64,000 nucleotides of DNA from NCBI RefSeq assembly GCF_030028105.1, contig NC_092379.1, positions 21,925,309 to 21,989,308 on the forward strand, in the 5' to 3' direction. This DNA comes from Mobula birostris. Lineage: Eukaryota. Numbering within the stretch: position 1 is the stretch's first letter; each line of letters starts with the position of its first letter. Shown piece after piece: positions 1 to 14,435 of this stretch. The notes beneath the pieces are model-generated. The model was not told where the DNA came from. It was given only the letters and a program-made list of their open reading frames with translations, and did no database searches. A program made the position numbers and the translations under genes.

Positions 1-1500
1 TGAGGGAGGCAAGAGGTGAGAATGCTGGGCTCTTAACCAGAATCTTTGTGCCCTCTCTCATCACAGGTGAGGTCCCAGAGACATAGCGAGCAGCTAATGT
101 TGTACCTCTATTTAAGAAAGGAACAAGGGAAAATCCTGGGAACTATGGGCCAGGGAGTCTCACCTCAGTTGTAGGGAAATTGCTGGAGAAAATTCTTAGG
201 GATGTGATATCTGAGCATTTGGAAACCCATGGCCTAACTATGGAGAGCCAACATGACTTTGTGCAGGGCAGGTCGTGCTTTACCAACTTGATTGAGTTTT
301 TTGACAAGGTGACAAGACAAATTGATCAAGGTAGAGCAGTGGATGTTGCCTACATGGGTTTCAGTAAGGTATTTGACAAAATCTCTCCTGGGAGGCTAAA
401 CCAGAAGATTAGGATGCATAGAGTCCGTGGCAAATTTGATGTTCCAACTCAGAATTAGCTTGCACAGAACGGACTGAGGGTAGTGGTCAAAGGGACATAA
501 TTGAGTTGGAAGTCTGTAATTAGTGGTGCTCCACAGGGATCTGTGCTGGTACTTCTGCTGTTTGTGATGTATATAAATGACCTGGATGAAAATGTAGATG
601 GGTGGGTTAGTAAGTTTGCAGATGATACGAAGATTGGTGAAGTTGTGGATAGTGTAGAAGACTAGCAAAGAATACAGCATGATAAAGATCAGTTGCAGAT
701 AAGGGCAGAGAAATCGCAGATGGAGCTTAACTCAGATAAATGTGAGGTGTTGCACCTTGGTAGGGTAAATGCAAGGAGACAGTACACTGTTCAGGGTAAG
801 ACCCTTAATAGTGCTGCTGAGCAGAGAGGTCTCAGGGTCCAAGTTCATAGCTCCTTGAAAGTGGCGACACTGGTGGATAGGGTGGTTAAGAAGGCTTATG
901 GAATGCTTGCTTTTATTAGTCAAGGCATTGAGTTCAAAAGTCAAAAGGTTATGTTGCAATTTTATGAAATTCTGGTTTGGCCACATCTGGAGGATTGGAT
1001 GCAATTCTGGTCACCCCACTATAGGAAGGATATTGAGGCTTTGAAGAGGGTTCAGAAGAGGTTTAACAGGTTGCTGCCTGGTTTCGAGGGAATGTGCTAT
1101 CCCGAGAGGCTAAGCTAACTTGGGTTGTTTTCTTTGGCGTGTCGGAGGCTGAGGGGAGGTCTGATAGTGGTTTATATGATTATGAGAAGCATAATTAAAG
1201 TCAACAGAGTATCTTTTTCCCAGGGTAGAAATGTCTAACACCAGAGGGCATGCATTGAAGGTGAGAGGACATAGGTTCAAAGGGGACAAGAGGGGTAATT
1301 TTTTTTACTCAGAGAGTGGCGGATGCCTGAATTGCGCTGCCTCATATGGTGGTGGAGGCAAGTACATTAGAGACATTTGGGTAGGCACATGAATATGAGG
1401 AAAATGGATGGATATGGACATTGTGTAGGTAGGAGGGATTAGTTTTAGGGGATTTTTGATTTATTTTTTAGCTGGATCAGCACAACATTGTGGGCTGAAG
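1..1500 (+). mobile_element. Degraded CR1 LINE, RT C-terminus and 3' end
   Basis: ORF fragments QHDFVQGRSCFTNLIEFF, KCEVLHLG, VKKAYGMLAFI, WSPHYRKDIEALKRVQKRF, broken by stops. Confidence 0.9.
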
Positions 1501-3438
1501 AGTCTGTTCTTGTGCTGTAGTCTTCTATGTTCTGATAAATCTGACTTTAGCTTCTCCCATTCAAATTGCGTCGTGAATTCTATCATAATTTGATAACTGT
1601 GTCCTAAGGGTTCCTTTACCCTGAGCTCCGAAATCAAATCTGGTACATTAATTAAAGGCATCCGTTAGTCTTGCAAGACCATGGATCTGCACCTGGAAAG
1701 TCTTCACTCTCCAGGGCGTAGGCCTGGGGCAGGGTTGTATGGAAGACCAGCAGTTGCCCATGCTTCAAGTCTCCCCTCTCCATGACACCAGTGTTGTCCA
1801 AGGGAAGGGCATTAGGACCCATACAGCTTGGCACCAGTGTCATCGCAGAGCAATGCGTGATTAAGTGCCTTGCTCAGGGACACAACACATTGCCTCGGCT
1901 GGGGCGCGAACTCACGACCTTCCAATGCCTTAACCACTTGGCCACGTACATTACACAACACCCAATCCAGAACAGCTGATCCCCTGGTGGGTTCAAGCAC
2001 AAGTTGCTCTAAATATCCATCTCATAGGCATTCCACAAGTTCTCTCTCTTGGAATTCAAAATCAGCAACAAACCTGATTTTCCTAATCTACCTGCATATT
2101 GAAATCCTCCATGACTATCATAACTTTGCTCATTTGACTTGCATTTTCTATCTCTCATAGTAAATTGTATTCCACATCCTGGCTGCTGTTTGGAGGCCTG
2201 TATATAACTCCCTTCAGGGTCTTTTTAACCTTGCAGTTCCTTAATGCTACCCACAACGATTCTACATTTTCTAATCCAATGTCACCTCATTTTAAGGATT
2301 TTATGTCATTTTTTTTTACCAACAGAGCCATGCCACCCCTACGGTCTACCTGCCTATCCTTTTGATACAATGTTGTGTATCTTTGGATGTTAGGCTCCCA
2401 GCTGTAGCCTTCTTTCATCCAGGTATCTGAAATCCCACCCCCTGTACCAGTTTCTCAGTATTACTTTCAACTGCCAACTCATCCTATTTTTATTCTCACA
2501 TGCATGTGACACAGGCAGCAATCCAAAGATTACTGCACCGGAGGTCCTATTTTCAGCTTTCTACTTGAACTCCAAGGCCCCCCGTTCCGCAACACCCTCC
2601 AGGACCCTATCGTTCACAGTGGAAGTCTTACCTTGGTTTAACTTTCCAAAGTATTACACCTTGAATGTTCCTGAATAGAACTCCATTTGCCACTCTTCAG
2701 TCCACTTAATCAGCTGAACAAGATTCCACAGTAATTTTGATACCCTTTGCTCTTGACTTTACCGCTTATTTTTCAGAGGGCTGCAATCAGTGCGAGAGGT
2801 CATTCATTAGTGATACAGCACAAGGTTTAAAAAGAGCTTGGGTGTTTTCAGGACCTTACAATGGTTTGTAACCAGCACAAGATGTCATTCGTTGGTGATG
2901 TGTGCTAGTTTTCTAAAGAGCTCGGATGCTTTTGAAACTTTTCCGTGGGCTGCAATCAGCATGAAAGGTGATTCCAGGGTGACACAGTACAAGGTTTAAA
3001 GAGTGCTCAGGTTTGGGATTGCAATCTTAACAATCTATTCGGCACTCAGCAGGGAAGAATAAAAAGAAGCAAAGTGAAAGTGGAGCAGCCGTTGTGTGAG
3101 TGAACAGTGTTAGAGTGGCCAGGCTTTGACTAAACAGGCTTCATCAAAAACTGGCTTGGGCAAACACAGTGGATGTTCTGAGTAAGTTTATAGTAAGTTT
3201 ATTTTTTCTGTTACTACACAGCTAGTGCTCTGACAGTGGGTCAAGAGTTAGTGATATGTTCCTTCTGTGAGATGTGGAAACTTTGAGAGACCTCCTGTTT
3301 CCCTGAGAACTACATTGGCACGAAATGCACTGAGCTAAAGCTCCTTAGAGAAATTGTGTTAAGGAACTGGAGCTGCAGCTCGATGACCTTGAGTTCATAC
3401 GGGAAAATGAGGAAGTGGTAGATAGAGCCACAGGGGTG

Positions 3439-5424
3439 TAGAAACACAGAAACATAGAAAATAGGTGCAGGAGTAGGCCATTCGGCCCTTCGAGCCTGCA
3501 CCGCCATTCAGTATGATCATGGCTGATCATCCAACTCAGAACCCTGTACCAGCCTTCCCTCCATACACCCCGATTCCTTTAGCCACAAGGGCCATATCTA
3601 ACTGCCTCTTAAATATAGCCAATGAACTGGCCTCAACTGTTTCCTGTGGCAGAGAATTCCACAGATTCACCACTTTCTGTGTGAAGAAGTTTTTCCTAAT
3701 CTCGGTCCTAAAAGGTTTCCTCTTTATCCTCTAACTGTGACCCCTCGTTCTGGACTTCCCCAGCATCGGGAAAAATCTTCCTGCATCTAGCCTGTCCAAT
3801 CCCTTTTGGATGTTATACGTTTCAATCAGATCCCCCCTCAATCTTCTAAATTCCAATGAGTATAAGCCTAGCCAATCCAGTTTTTCATCATATGAAAGTC
3901 CTGCCATCCCAGGAATCAATCTGGTGAACCTTCTTTGTACTCCCTCTATGGCAAGGATGTCTTTCCTCAGATTAGCGGACCAAATCTGCACACAATACTC
4001 CAGGTGTGGTCTCACCAAGGCCTTTTACAACTGCAGTAGTACCTCCCTGCTCCTGTACTTGAATCCTCTTGCTATAAATGCCAGCATACCATTCGCATTT
4101 TTCACCGCCTGCTGTACCTGCATGCACACTTTCAATGACTGGTGTATAATGACACCCAGGTCTCACTGCACCTCCCCTTTTCCTAATTGGCCACCATTCA
4201 GATAATAATCTGTTTTCCTGTTTTTGCCACCAAAGTGGATAACTTCACATTTATCCACATTAAATTGCATCTGCCATGAATTTGCCCACTCACCTAACCT
4301 ATCCAAGTCACCCTGCATCCTCTTAGCATCCTCCTCACAGCTAACACTGCCGCCCAGCTTCATGTCATCCACAAACTTGGAGATGCTGCATTTAATTCCC
4401 TCATCCAGGGTCATTAATATATATTGTAAACAACTGGGGTCCCAGCACTGAGCCTTGCGGTACCCCACTAGTCACTGCCTGCCATTCTGAAAAGGTCCCG
4501 TTTATTCCCACTCTTTGCTTCCTGTCTGCCAACCAATTCTCTATCCACATCAATACCTTACCCCCAATATCCTGTGCTTTTAGTTTGCACACTAATCTCC
4601 TGTGCGGGACCTTGTCAAAATCCTTTTGAAAATCCAAATATACCACATCCACTGGTTCTCCCCTATCCACTCTACTAGTTACATCCTCAAAAAATTCTAT
4701 GAGATTCGTCAGACATGATTTTCCTTTCACAAATCCATGCCGACTTTGTCCGATGATTTCACCGCTTTCCAAATGTGCTGTTATCACATCTTTGATAACT
4801 GACTCTAGCAGTTTCCCCACCACCGATGTTAGGCTAACCAGTCTATAATTCCCTGGTTTCCCTCTCCCTCCTTTTTTAAAAAGTGGGGTTACATTAGCCA
4901 CCCTCCAATCCTCAGGAACTAGTCCAGAATCTAAAGAGGTTTGAAAAATTATCACTAATGCATCCACTATTTCTTGGGCTACTTCCTTAAGCACTCTGGG
5001 ATGCAGACCATCTGGCCCTGGGGATTTATCCGCCTTTAATCCCTTCAATTTACCTAACACCACTTCCCTACTAACATGTATTTCCCTCAGTTCCTCCATC
5101 TCACTGGACCCTCTGTACCCTACTCTTTCCGGAAGATTATTTATGTCCTCCTTAGTGAAGACAGAACCAAAGTAATTATTCAATTGGTCTGCCATGTCCT
5201 TGCTCCCCATAATCAATTCACCTGTTTCTGTCTGTAAGGGACCTACATTTGTCTTAACCAAACTTTTTTCTTTTCACATAACTATAAAAGCTTTTACAGT
5301 CAGTTTTTATGTTCCCTGCCAGTTTTCTCTCATAATCTTTTTTCCCCTTCCTAACTAAGCCCTCTGTCCTCCTCTGCTGAACTCTGAATTTCTCCCAGTC
5401 CTCAGGTGAGCCACTTTTTCTGGC
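3439..5424 (-). mobile_element. Young 5'-truncated CR1 LINE
   Basis: 286-aa RT ORF 4401-5261 (KSPGPDGLHPRVLKE...QGSVLGPQLFTIYIND), further in-register fragments, and a 3' (CATAGAAA)-type tail on the + strand. Confidence 0.93.
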
Positions 5425-8400
5425 TTACAGGAGGCAGGTTCCTGGGTGATGGTCAGGAGAGGGAAAAGGAATAGGCAGCCAGTTCAGAGTACCTCTGTGA
5501 CCATTCACCTCAATAATAAGTTTATTGCTTTGGATAGAGTTGAAGGGGAGAACTTGGGGCAGACACAGAGACCTGGTTTCTAGCACTGTGTCTGTCCCAG
5601 TGGCTCAGAAGGGAAGGCAGGGGTGTAGAAGAGGAGTGAAACTGTGATAGTGGATTCCATAATCAGAGGAGCAGACAGCAGATTCTATGGATGTGAAAGA
5701 GACACCTAGATAGTATGTTGCTTCACAGGTGCCAAGGTCAGGGATGTCTCGGATCAGGTCAGGAGCATTCTAAAGGGGAAGAGCGATCAGCTGGAAGATG
5801 TGGTGTATATTGGTATCAGTGACATAAGCAGGGAAAGAGAGGAGGTCCTGAAGACAGAATATAGGAAGTTAGATGGAAAGCTGAAGAATTGGACCTCCAG
5901 CGTAGTAACCTCTCGATTGTTGTTTGCGCCATGCACCAGTGAGGGTAAGAATAAGATGACTTGACAGTTGATTGTGTGGCAGAAGAATTGGTGCAGGGGC
6001 AGTGTTTCAGATTTCTGGACCATTTTGATCTCTTCTGGGGAATGTATGACCTGTACAAAAGGACAGGTTATATCTGAACACGTCGGGGACCAATTCCCTT
6101 ACAGGCAGGATTGCTAGAGCTGTTTGGGAGGATTAAAACTATTTTGGCAGGGGGATTGTAACCAGAGTGATAGGGCTGAGGATGGGGCAGCTGGTCTAAA
6201 ACTATATGTGGTGTGTCGTGAGGCTGAGAGGAAAGGACAGGCAGATGATAGGCAAAGTTGAAGTCATGTGAATGAGTTCAAGTGTACCAGGGGGCCAAAA
6301 TCAAAAAGAGTGATGAATACAGGACTGAAGGTGTAATATTGGAATGCACACAGTATATGGAATAAGGTCTTGTAGTGCAGTTAGAGATTAGCAGGTAATA
6401 CATTGTGAGCATCACTGAGTCGTGGCTGAAAGAAGATCATAGCTGGAAGCTTAACATCCAAAGACGCACATAGTATTGAAAGCATAGGCGCGTAAGCAGA
6501 GGGGATGAGGAGCTTCTGTTGGTAAAAAATGAAATCAAATCCTTAGAAAGAGGTGATATAGCATCAGAAGATGTAGTATCATTTTAGGCAGAGTTAAGAA
6601 ACTGCAAGAGTTTAATAAAAAAATCCTGATGGAAGTTATACACAGGCCTCTGAACAGTAGCCAGGAAGAGGGCTACAAATTACAATGGGAGATAGGAAAG
6701 GAATGTAAAAAGGGAGAAGTTACAAAAGTTGTGGGGATCTCAATATGTAGATAGATTGGGAAAATGAGGTTGGCGCTGGATCCCAAGAGAAGAAATTTGT
6801 AGAATGCCTATGAGGTTGTTTTTAGAGCAGCTTGTGGTTGAGTCCAACAGTGGAACAGTAATTCTGGATTGGGTGTAGGGTAATGAACCAGATTTGATTT
6901 GCAAGCTTAAGGTAAAGGAACCCACAGGATCAAGTGATCATAATATAACAAAATTCACCCTACAGTTTGAGAAGGAGAAACTAAAATCGGATGTATCAGT
7001 ATTACAGTGGAGTAAAGGGAATTACAGATGCATGAGAGAGGGGCTGGCCACAGTAGATTGGAAGAGGTCAGATACAGGGATGATGGCAGAACTGCAAAGG
7101 CTGGAGTTTCTGGGAGAACTTTGGAAGGCATAGGAAAGATGCATCCCAAAGATGAAGAAGTATTCTGAAGGGAGTATGAAACAACCATAGCTATCAAAAG
7201 ATATCAAAGACTGCACAAAGAAAAAGAGAGGGCATATAATATAGCAAAATCCAACAGCAGGTTTGCTATCTGGTAACTGCTATATGTAGTTTGTGCTGTG
7301 TATGACTGCTGGTGCAGCGTTTTGCACTTTGGCACCGGAGAAACACTGCATTGTTTGTCTGTATTGATGGGCATTCACGTCTGGCTGAATGATAATAAAC
7401 TCGAACTTAACTTGAAGGCAATTAAAAAAAGACATAAAGAGTGAAGAGATGAAATAGGAAGGTGTTACATGCTCAAGGAAATCTGTGTTTTTTTTTGTGA
7501 GAATGATGTAATGGTCTTTTGGAAGTCACCTGATGTGATATTCCTGCCGATGTGAGCTCATGTGATGACATGTGCACCATGACTATATAAGGGTCGACCC
7601 AGGTGACGCAGTTGGTTTTTAGTCTGTAGATTTCCAGGTAGAACGTACTGTATCTCCGTTTTTGTTGCATGTTTGTTTTTGTGACGCAGTTTCATTTTTA
7701 AAATAGAGTGTGCGTTCTATTGCAAGATACCATATTATTGGACTGGAAATTTTTGGCTAGATGTGTTGATTTACCCAATTCCAACAGTAGAAGGGAGAGT
7801 GAAGAATTTATTGAAGTACAGGACCGAAGGATCGAGCGAAGTCGGCATCGTTTGGCAGTTTTAATAAAGGATTGACCTTATTGAGGCTTCATTGGAGGAG
7901 TAGCTACCTGCATCGGAGATAATTCTTGCCATAAAGAGCAAGGAGTTCATGCAACGGTTTGCTCTCTCTCTAAAAGAATTTAAAGTCAGTTGATTTAAAC
8001 TGTTTATTTTCGGCATCATGAATTCTGTGGGCAGAACCAGCAGGAAAGTCGTGTCTATGAAGAAATCCTTCTCCAGAGAAGTCTCTCCCAATTGAACATA
8101 TAAATCTGTTGGACTTCCGAATTTATCGCTTTAAGAACTATATCTGACTGTATTGCTTTAAGAACTGTTTTCACATTTAACGCTTTAAGAACCAGAGCTG
8201 AGTGACAAGTTGGTGAATGGCTGCATAACGGTTAACTTCCAGTTAAAGTTTTCATTTGTTTTTGTTTCCTTATCGTTTATACGTGTTTAATAAATGTTTG
8301 GTTGTTTTTATATAACCTGTTTCGATTGACATTCATTGTTGCCGGTTACGTAACAAAGGTAAGATAGCCAATAATATAAAAGAAGATGCCAAAAGATTTT

Positions 8401-8830
8401 TTACAGATATATATCAAGTAAATGAGAGACCAGTGCGGCTAATGGACCACTGGAAAATTATGTTGGAGAGGTAGCAATGTGGGACAAAGAAATGGCACAT
8501 GAATTTAGTAAATATTTTGTGTCAGTCTTCACAGCAAAATGCCATAAACGCAAGCGTGTCAGGGGGCAGAAATGAGTGTCATTTCTATTACTAAGGAGAA
8601 GGTGCTTAGGGTGCTGAAAAGTCTGAAGGTAGTTAAGTCACCTGGACCAGATGGGGGACACCTCAGGGCTCTGAATGAGGTAGCTGAAGAGACTATGGAG
8701 ACATTAGTAATAATCTTTCAACAATCATTAGATTCTGAAATGGTTCCAGAGGACTGAAAAATTGCAAATATCACTCCACTTTTTAAGATGGGACGGAGGC
8801 AGAAGAAAGGAAATTATAGGCCAGGTGGTT
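5425..8830 (+). mobile_element. Old CR1 LINE (ORF1 esterase-like region, endonuclease and RT fragments) interrupted by a solo LTR
   Basis: VDSIIRGADSRFYGCERD-type ORF1 motif at about 5645, GSSDHN endonuclease motif in ORF 6894, KSPGPDG in ORF 8572. Confidence 0.8.
7463..8355 (+). mobile_element. Solo LTR, 893 bp, 4-bp TSD AAGG
   Basis: TGTTAC...GTAACA termini, AAGG on both sides (7459-7462 and 8356-8359), TATATAA at about 7584, AATAAA at about 8289. Related copy at 48128. Confidence 0.88.
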
Positions 8831-9889
8831 AATGGTTAGTGTAGACTCAGTGGTTAATGGTTAGTACAGACTTAGTGGGATGATGGGCCTGTTTCTGTGC
8901 TGTATCTCTCTATCTGTACAGGAAACAGTACAGACCGAGTACGGAAGCCCTTGTAAGTGTTCCCTGGACTAACCATCAAAAGAAGTAAGTGTGATCCCAC
9001 TACAATCTGAAGGGGAATGCAGATCTGAATCACAAATGGTTAATGGTTTTTTTTCCCAGATGCTGCCTGTCTCACTGTTTTCTGATTTTATTTTATGTGC
9101 TCTTGCACATTCTAATAGAAATGTGATGTCCTTGGGATTCAACCCCCGTTCATCATAAAGAACTTTTGTGGCTCATTTGTGGACATGGTTGTTCTGCAAT
9201 GCAAAATCTAATCTAATCTAAAAAATAACTGGAAAATTTTACCCAAAAGCAACCACTTGAATTTATAGTGTGGCTTTAATACAGGAAATCATTAGAAGGA
9301 GTTTCACAGGAGCATATATCATATGTCAAATCATATATTATTAATTTTAGACTGCACTCCTGAGGTTTCAGAGTTTATTTTATGTATATATTCTTTGTCA
9401 TGCTGCAAAACGTTGATCTTCTAAACTGTGTTTCATTGCTCCACAACAATGACAATAAAGATATTCTTCTTCTTCTCTTTCAATAAATGTCGGTAATATC
9501 GAAGATAGTATTGTGTTTCTGTGTTTACGGATTGGCCTGTTGTGTTTATCGACTGTGGACATTTTCAGACTTATATTCTGTGTTTTTTATCGCCCGTTCC
9601 TTTTCTGTTTTGTAGTGTGAGGGGAGGGTGTTTGGGGGTCGGTGTTCTGTTAGCTTTTTGTGTGGGGGAGGGGTTGTTTTGTGGGGTCGGTGTTACTGTT
9701 CCGTTTTGTGAAGGGGGGTATCGGGGGGGGATTGATGATTTGGATGCCATTTTTGTCAGTGGGGGGATGGAGTGAGTTTCATGTTTCTCTCTGAATGACT
9801 TTCATATTCTTTCTTGTTTTCGTGGCTATCTGGAGAACACAAATTTCAAGCTGTATGTGGATACAGGCTTTGATAATAAATGAACCCTT

Positions 9890-11070
9890 GAACAATTCCA
9901 ATTGAACTTAGAGAAGGAATCAGATCCCCTTCAGCTCTGGCAGACTTTTCAGGCCATTACTTCCTACAAGGTGAAACCTACATCACGAATGGCAGTGATG
10001 CTTCATTCCCAGATGAGCTCAACGCCATTTAAGCACACTTTGAAAGGGAGAATGAAACTACATGTGGGTGAATCCCTGCAGTGTCTGTTGACCCTGTCAT
10101 CTCTGTCTCGGATGCCAACGTCAGAGCAGCTTTCAAGAGGGTGAATCCTCACACTGAATCAGGCCCTGATGCTGTGCCTGGTACGGAATTGAAAACTTGT
10201 GCGACCAACTGGTGGGAGTGTTCAGGAACATCTTCAATATCTCACTGCTTCAGTCAGAGGTTCCGATCTGTTTCAAAAGAGTGAGAATCATACCAGCGCC
10301 CAAGAAGAGCAGGGTGAGCTGTCTCAATGACTATCGCTCAGTTGCACCCACATCTACTGTGAGGAAATGCTTTGAGAGGTTGGTCACGGCCAGAATCAAC
10401 TCCTGCTTAAGCAAGGACCTGGACCCACTGCAATTTACCTGTTGCCACAATAGGTCTACAGCAGATGGAATCTGACTGGCTCTCCACTCGGCCTTGGATC
10501 ACCTGGACAATAACAATACCTGCTGAACGTCTGGATGTTGTTTACTGATTACAGCTCAGTGTTCAACACAATCATAACCTCAGTTCAAATCAACAAACTC
10601 CAAAACCTGGGCCTCCAGACCTCCCTCCACAACTGGATCCTTGACATCCTCACTGGGAGACCCACAGTCAGTGTGGATCTGAATGAGCATCTCCTCCTCA
10701 CTGACAATCAACACTGGAGCACCTCAAGGATGTGGGCTTAACCCACTGCTCTACTCTCTCTGCACCCACAACTGTGCGACTAGGTAGAACTCAAGTGGCA
10801 TTTATAAATTTACTGTTGAGCTATTGTGGGCTGAGTTTCAGGGTGATGAGGAGGCATACAAGAGCAGGATAGATCAGTTGGGTTCATGGCGTTTCAACAA
10901 CAACCTTACTTTCAACATCGGTAAGACGAAGCAATTGATTGCAGACTTCAGGAAGGGGAAGTCATAGGAACACACATCAGTCTTCATTGAAGGATCAGCA
11001 GTGGAAAGGTTGAGCAGTTTCAAGTTCCTGGGTGTCAAAATCTTTGAAGATCAATCCTGGGTCCAACACA
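9890..11070 (+). mobile_element. Rex1/Babar-like LINE RT remnant
   Basis: FNISLLQSEVPICFK...CLNDYRSVAPTSTVRKCFERLV...DPLQF fragments. The clade assignment is from motif recollection. Confidence 0.75.
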
Positions 11071-11439
11071 CCTATTTCTTTATTTGCATAGTTCTGATCT
11101 CATCCTTTGTCTCTTCTTCTAATCCTCTCTGTCTCTGTCTCCACTGAACTCACAAGAAGAAAACAGGAGGAAGTGCAGACCACCAGATTCCATCTTCTGG
11201 GCTGAGATTTCTGGGAATTCATTCCATCTGAGGGAAGAAATCTCTGCACCACAGTTTCAAATGTCCTGCTCCTTACTTTGTAACTCTGTCCCCTTGTTCG
11301 TTGCTGTATGACAGGTGAAATTCTCCCAACATCTACCCTCTTGTGCCCCTTTTACATCTGATATGTTTGTCCAGAAATCTGGATTCTTGTCAACTGCAAG
11401 CAATGCAGACACAGACTGTCTGGTCTTGGTCATTGTCTG

Positions 11440-13740
11440 ATAGTCACAGAGTCACAGAAAAGCACAGCACAGAAACAGGCCCTTTGACCCATCTGGTCTG
11501 TGCCGAGCCATTTGAGCTGCCAAGTCCCATTGACTTGCACCCAGACCATTGCCCTTCATACCCCTCCCATCCATGTAACCATCCAAACTTGTCTTAAACA
11601 TTGAAATCGAACTTGCAAGCACCACTTGCTCTGGCAGTTCATTCCACACTCTCACAAAACTCTGAGTGAAGAAGTCTCCCCTCAGGTTTCCCTTAAACAT
11701 TTCACCTTTCACCCTTAACCCATGATCTCTAGTTGTAGTTCCAGCCAACCTCAGTGGAAAAAGCCTGCTTGCATTTACCCTATCTATACCCCTGATAATT
11801 TTCTATACCGCCATCAAATCTCCCCTCAACCTTCTACGTTGCAAGGAATAAAGTCCTAACCTGTGTAATCTTTCCTTATAACTCAGTTTCTCAGTCCTGG
11901 CTGCATCCTCTTAAACCTTCCCTGTACTCTTTCAAGCTTATTTACACCTTTCCTGCAGATGTGACCAAAGCTGAACAGGTAAAGATTTTTCCTCCTCATG
12001 TATATGAAGGATGTAGGTAATAAAGTCAATTCAATTCAATTCAATTCAAATTAGGCCTCAAGAATGTCTTATACAACTTTAACATAACACCCCATCTCCT
12101 GTACTCAGTACTTTGATTTATGAAGGCCAGTGTGCCAAAAGATTTCATTATGATCCTATCTACCTGTGCCTCCATTTTCAATTAATTATGAACCTGTGTT
12201 CCCACATCTCTTTGTTCTACTGCACTCCTCAGTGTCCCATCGTTCACTGTGTAAGACCTACCTCAGCTGGTCCTACCTAAGTGCAACACCTTGCACTTGT
12301 CTGCATTAAATTCCATCAGCCATTTTTCAGACTATTTTACCAACTGGTCCAGATCCCACTACAAGCTCTGATAGTCTTTCTTGCTGTCCACAACATTTGC
12401 TGTCCAGCATCACTCTTCCTTCAGTTAGTCCTGACAAAGGGTCTCGGCCTGAAACGTCGACTGCACCCCTTCCTAGAGATGCTGCCTGGCCTGCTGCGTT
12501 CACCAGCAACTTTGATCTGTGTTGCTTAAATTTACAGCATCTGTAGAATTCCTGTTGTTTACATTCGTTCATTCTTTTAGCCGTTCTTATTTCTTTCTTA
12601 GGTGTTTTCTTCATATTTCTTACACTCCATAAGTACCTCATTTGTCCCTACCTGCCTATACCTGCTGTGCACTTCCTTGTACTTCTTAACCAGGGCCTCA
12701 ATATCAAATGTCATCCTTGCCTTTTCTTCTGACAGGCACATACAAGCAACGTGCTCTCAAAATTTCACTTTTGAAGGCTTCTCACTTACCAAGTACACCT
12801 TTGCCAGAAAACAGCCTGTCCCAATTCACGCTTACCAGATCCTTTCTGATATCATCAGAACTGGCCTTTCTCCAATTTAGATTCTGAACCTGGGAACGAG
12901 ATCTATTTTTTTCCAAATTTATTTTGAAACTAATGGCATTATGATCAGTTGATGCAAAGTGTTTCCGTACACAATCTTCTGTCACCTGCCCTGTCTCATT
13001 CCTGAATAAGATATCAAGTATTGCACACACTCTGTTGGGATTTCTATCTACTGATTAAGGAAACTTTCTTGAATACATTTGACAGACTCCATCCCTTTTG
13101 TAGTCTGGGTGTCCAAGTCAATTTGTGGAAAGTTGAAATCACCTCCTATCGCAACCTTGTGTTTCTTGCAATAGCCTGTGATGTCCCGACAATTTGTGCC
13201 TCTAGGTCCTGCAGGGCGATCTATAATATAGCCCCATTAACAGAGCCATACTTTTCTTAGTCCCCATTTCCACCTGTAAAGTCTCAGAAGAGGAGTTCTC
13301 CAGTCTCTCCTGACTGAACACTGCCGTCACATTTGCACTTTAATCCCTCCCATTCTGTGCATCTAAAAAATGGAACCCCAGAATATTGAGCTACCAGTCC
13401 TGCCTCTCCTGCAACCAAGTCTCACTAATGGTCACCATATCATAATTCCATGTATTGATCTCTGCCCTGAGTTCATCTGCCTTTCCTACAATAATACTTG
13501 CTTTGAGATATACGCAGCTCAGAACATTACTCACACCATGCTCAACTTCTTGATTCCTGACTTTGTCTAATGTCTAAAACCATGTCTCCACAATCTCTCC
13601 ACAATCTGTTCTGACACTCTGGTTCTCATCCCCTGCAACTCTAGTTTAACCGGCATCCCCCGCCACCCCCACCATGCAGCACAAGCAAACCTTCCCACTG
13701 GGATATTAGTCCCCCTTCAGTCCAGATGCAAACCATCTGC
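11440..13740 (-). mobile_element. Degraded CR1 LINE fragments
   Basis: ORF fragments LRVKGEMFKGNLRG..FFTQ..V.VWNELP and STDHNAISF. Confidence 0.75.
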
Positions 13741-14135
13741 CCTGACAGACAGATGTTTAACTGTGCCATTGCAACAGAACAGTTCCCAACAATGATATGT
13801 TTCATTTAGTTAGTGACACACAGACACCAGATGAGGAGCAGAAATGTTAGTGGGGACAAGGAGCCCTCAAACAGTGATCCAACATCTTTGACACCGATAT
13901 GACGTTTGGTCACTGGTTTCAACTCTCAACTCTTTGTCAGATTGCCGTACATTCTAATCTCTCTGACCATCAGTTGACAGCTGATCAGTGGGATACCCGA
14001 TGCAGGAAGGGTTCAGACACCAGAGAAACAAAGATTACTATTTCTCCCTGACTGTGTGTCACGTGCCACGCCTCATGTTGAAAGTTCCTTTTTTCTCATC
14101 ACCAAAAATCACAATGAATACATTTTCATGTCATA

Positions 14136-14141
14136 TTTATT
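14136..14141 (-). terminator. Polyadenylation signal for the long secreted form
   Basis: AATAAA about 295 nt after the stop, followed by a GT/T-rich tract (ttgtgatttttggtg). Confidence 0.6.
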
Positions 14142-14435
14142 GAACTTGGATCGGTACATTGACACGCACAAGGATTTAATACATTGTGCAGTCCCACACA
14201 GGGTTGAAATCCATTCAAATGTGGCAGAAGAAGATCTAAGAATGTACACACAAACTCAGAGATTTGTGGTGAATCATGTTTGTAGTTTAATTTGGTTCTT
14301 GATCTTAATTTCATTCTTAATTATGTTAAAAGGTCCAGATTTTAATCATGTTTTAATCAGCTAAATAATCCTCTGTGATAATTAATAGTCATAAAACTAA
14401 CAAAACTGGGGTTTCATGGATTGAATCACACAGTA

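Noticed and set aside
11082-11193. Leader-like mini-exon (MESGGLHFLLFSS|GTGAGT) and an ATTTGCAT octamer
   Set aside because: No downstream V or other exon, flanked by LINE sequence, and a few octamers are expected by chance in 64 kb.
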